From: an uncultured Acidobacteriota bacterium
GTDB taxonomy: Bacteria > Acidobacteriota > Blastocatellia > RBC074
Assembly (NCBI GenBank): GCA_963800895.1
Contig: CAWDDA010000015.1
Coordinates: 344,994-408,993, forward strand
Direction of reading: 5' to 3'
DNA length: 64,000 nt
Shown here: piece after piece, positions 63,774-64,000 of the stretch
Numbering within the stretch: position 1 is the stretch's first letter
Layout: every line of letters starts with the position of its first letter
The notes under the pieces: generated by a model
Databases searched by the model: none
Seen by the model: only the letters and a program-made list of their open reading frames with translations
Told to the model about the DNA's origin: nothing
Translations under genes and position numbers: made by a program

Positions 63774-64000
63774 TTATCCTCCCGTGGGCAGTTCCACGTG
63801 ACCACCGAACTTGTGCCTCATGGCCGAGAGTACCTTTTCTGAAAAAGTCGTATCCTGGCGTGATCTGTACCGGGCGAAAAGAGAGGTCGCGAGCGCGTCG
63901 GCAGAAACTGCCTGCTCGATTGCTGCGATAAGTGCCCATCGCCCTTCACCGGAATCCTGAACAAATCCCGAAAAACTTTCGAGGTGCGGGTCCTCGACAA
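63774..64000 (-). CDS. C-terminal fragment of a 6-phosphogluconate-dehydrogenase-like protein; the 5' end is outside the window
   Basis: Not in the ORF track as such. My translation in the third minus frame gives [74 protein letters not shown]. The SGEGRW and FGGH motifs are typical of the short Gnd-like family. Confidence 0.6.
   Translation of the reverse strand, partial: VEDPHLESFSGFVQDSGEGRWALIAAIEQAVSADALATSLFARYRSRQDTTFSEKVLSAMRHKFGGHVELPTGG

Overview
This is a 64-kb chromosomal segment, moderately GC-rich (GC not computed). The gene content includes a TonB-dependent receptor with a carboxypeptidase-regulatory-like N-terminus, PSCyt/DUF1549/DUF1553 plus DUF1501 proteins, and many TAT-signal enzymes. 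That mix suggests an Acidobacteria- or Planctomycetes-like bacterium, but this is inference only. Most genes are housekeeping: hutG with hutU-hutI-hutH, argC-argB-argD-GNAT-argJ, leuCD, purH, gpmA and eno, plus peptidases, an outer-membrane channel, a methyltransferase/glycosyltransferase pair, ybaK and an EVE-domain gene. I found no rRNA, tRNA or CRISPR array. The only clear accessory DNA is a nested insertion at 17.1-20.3 kb, where an IS110-like unit lies next to a complete IS481-family element. Two properties run through the whole window. First, about 20 reading-frame breaks interrupt otherwise recognisable genes, including enolase, which points to indel errors in the assembly and/or local gene decay. 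Second, about two dozen palindromic elements fill most of the larger intergenic gaps. They fall into four modular families, named here T (TCATTTG heptamers), S (GGAGTTCAAGC core), Y (GGTACAACGTACC ends) and G (GGGAGCGCCGG / GCGGCGACAAGTCGCCGC modules), plus one unique perfect 160-bp palindrome. I did not recognise a defence island or a clearly novel protein machine. The best candidates for under-described biology are the modular palindromes, the NfeD-flotillin-DUF350-GspS-like operon (20.6-24.9 kb) and the PSCyt/DUF1501/TAT-oxidoreductase cluster (45.7-55.1 kb). Repeat coordinates were read by eye and may be off by 1-2 nt.
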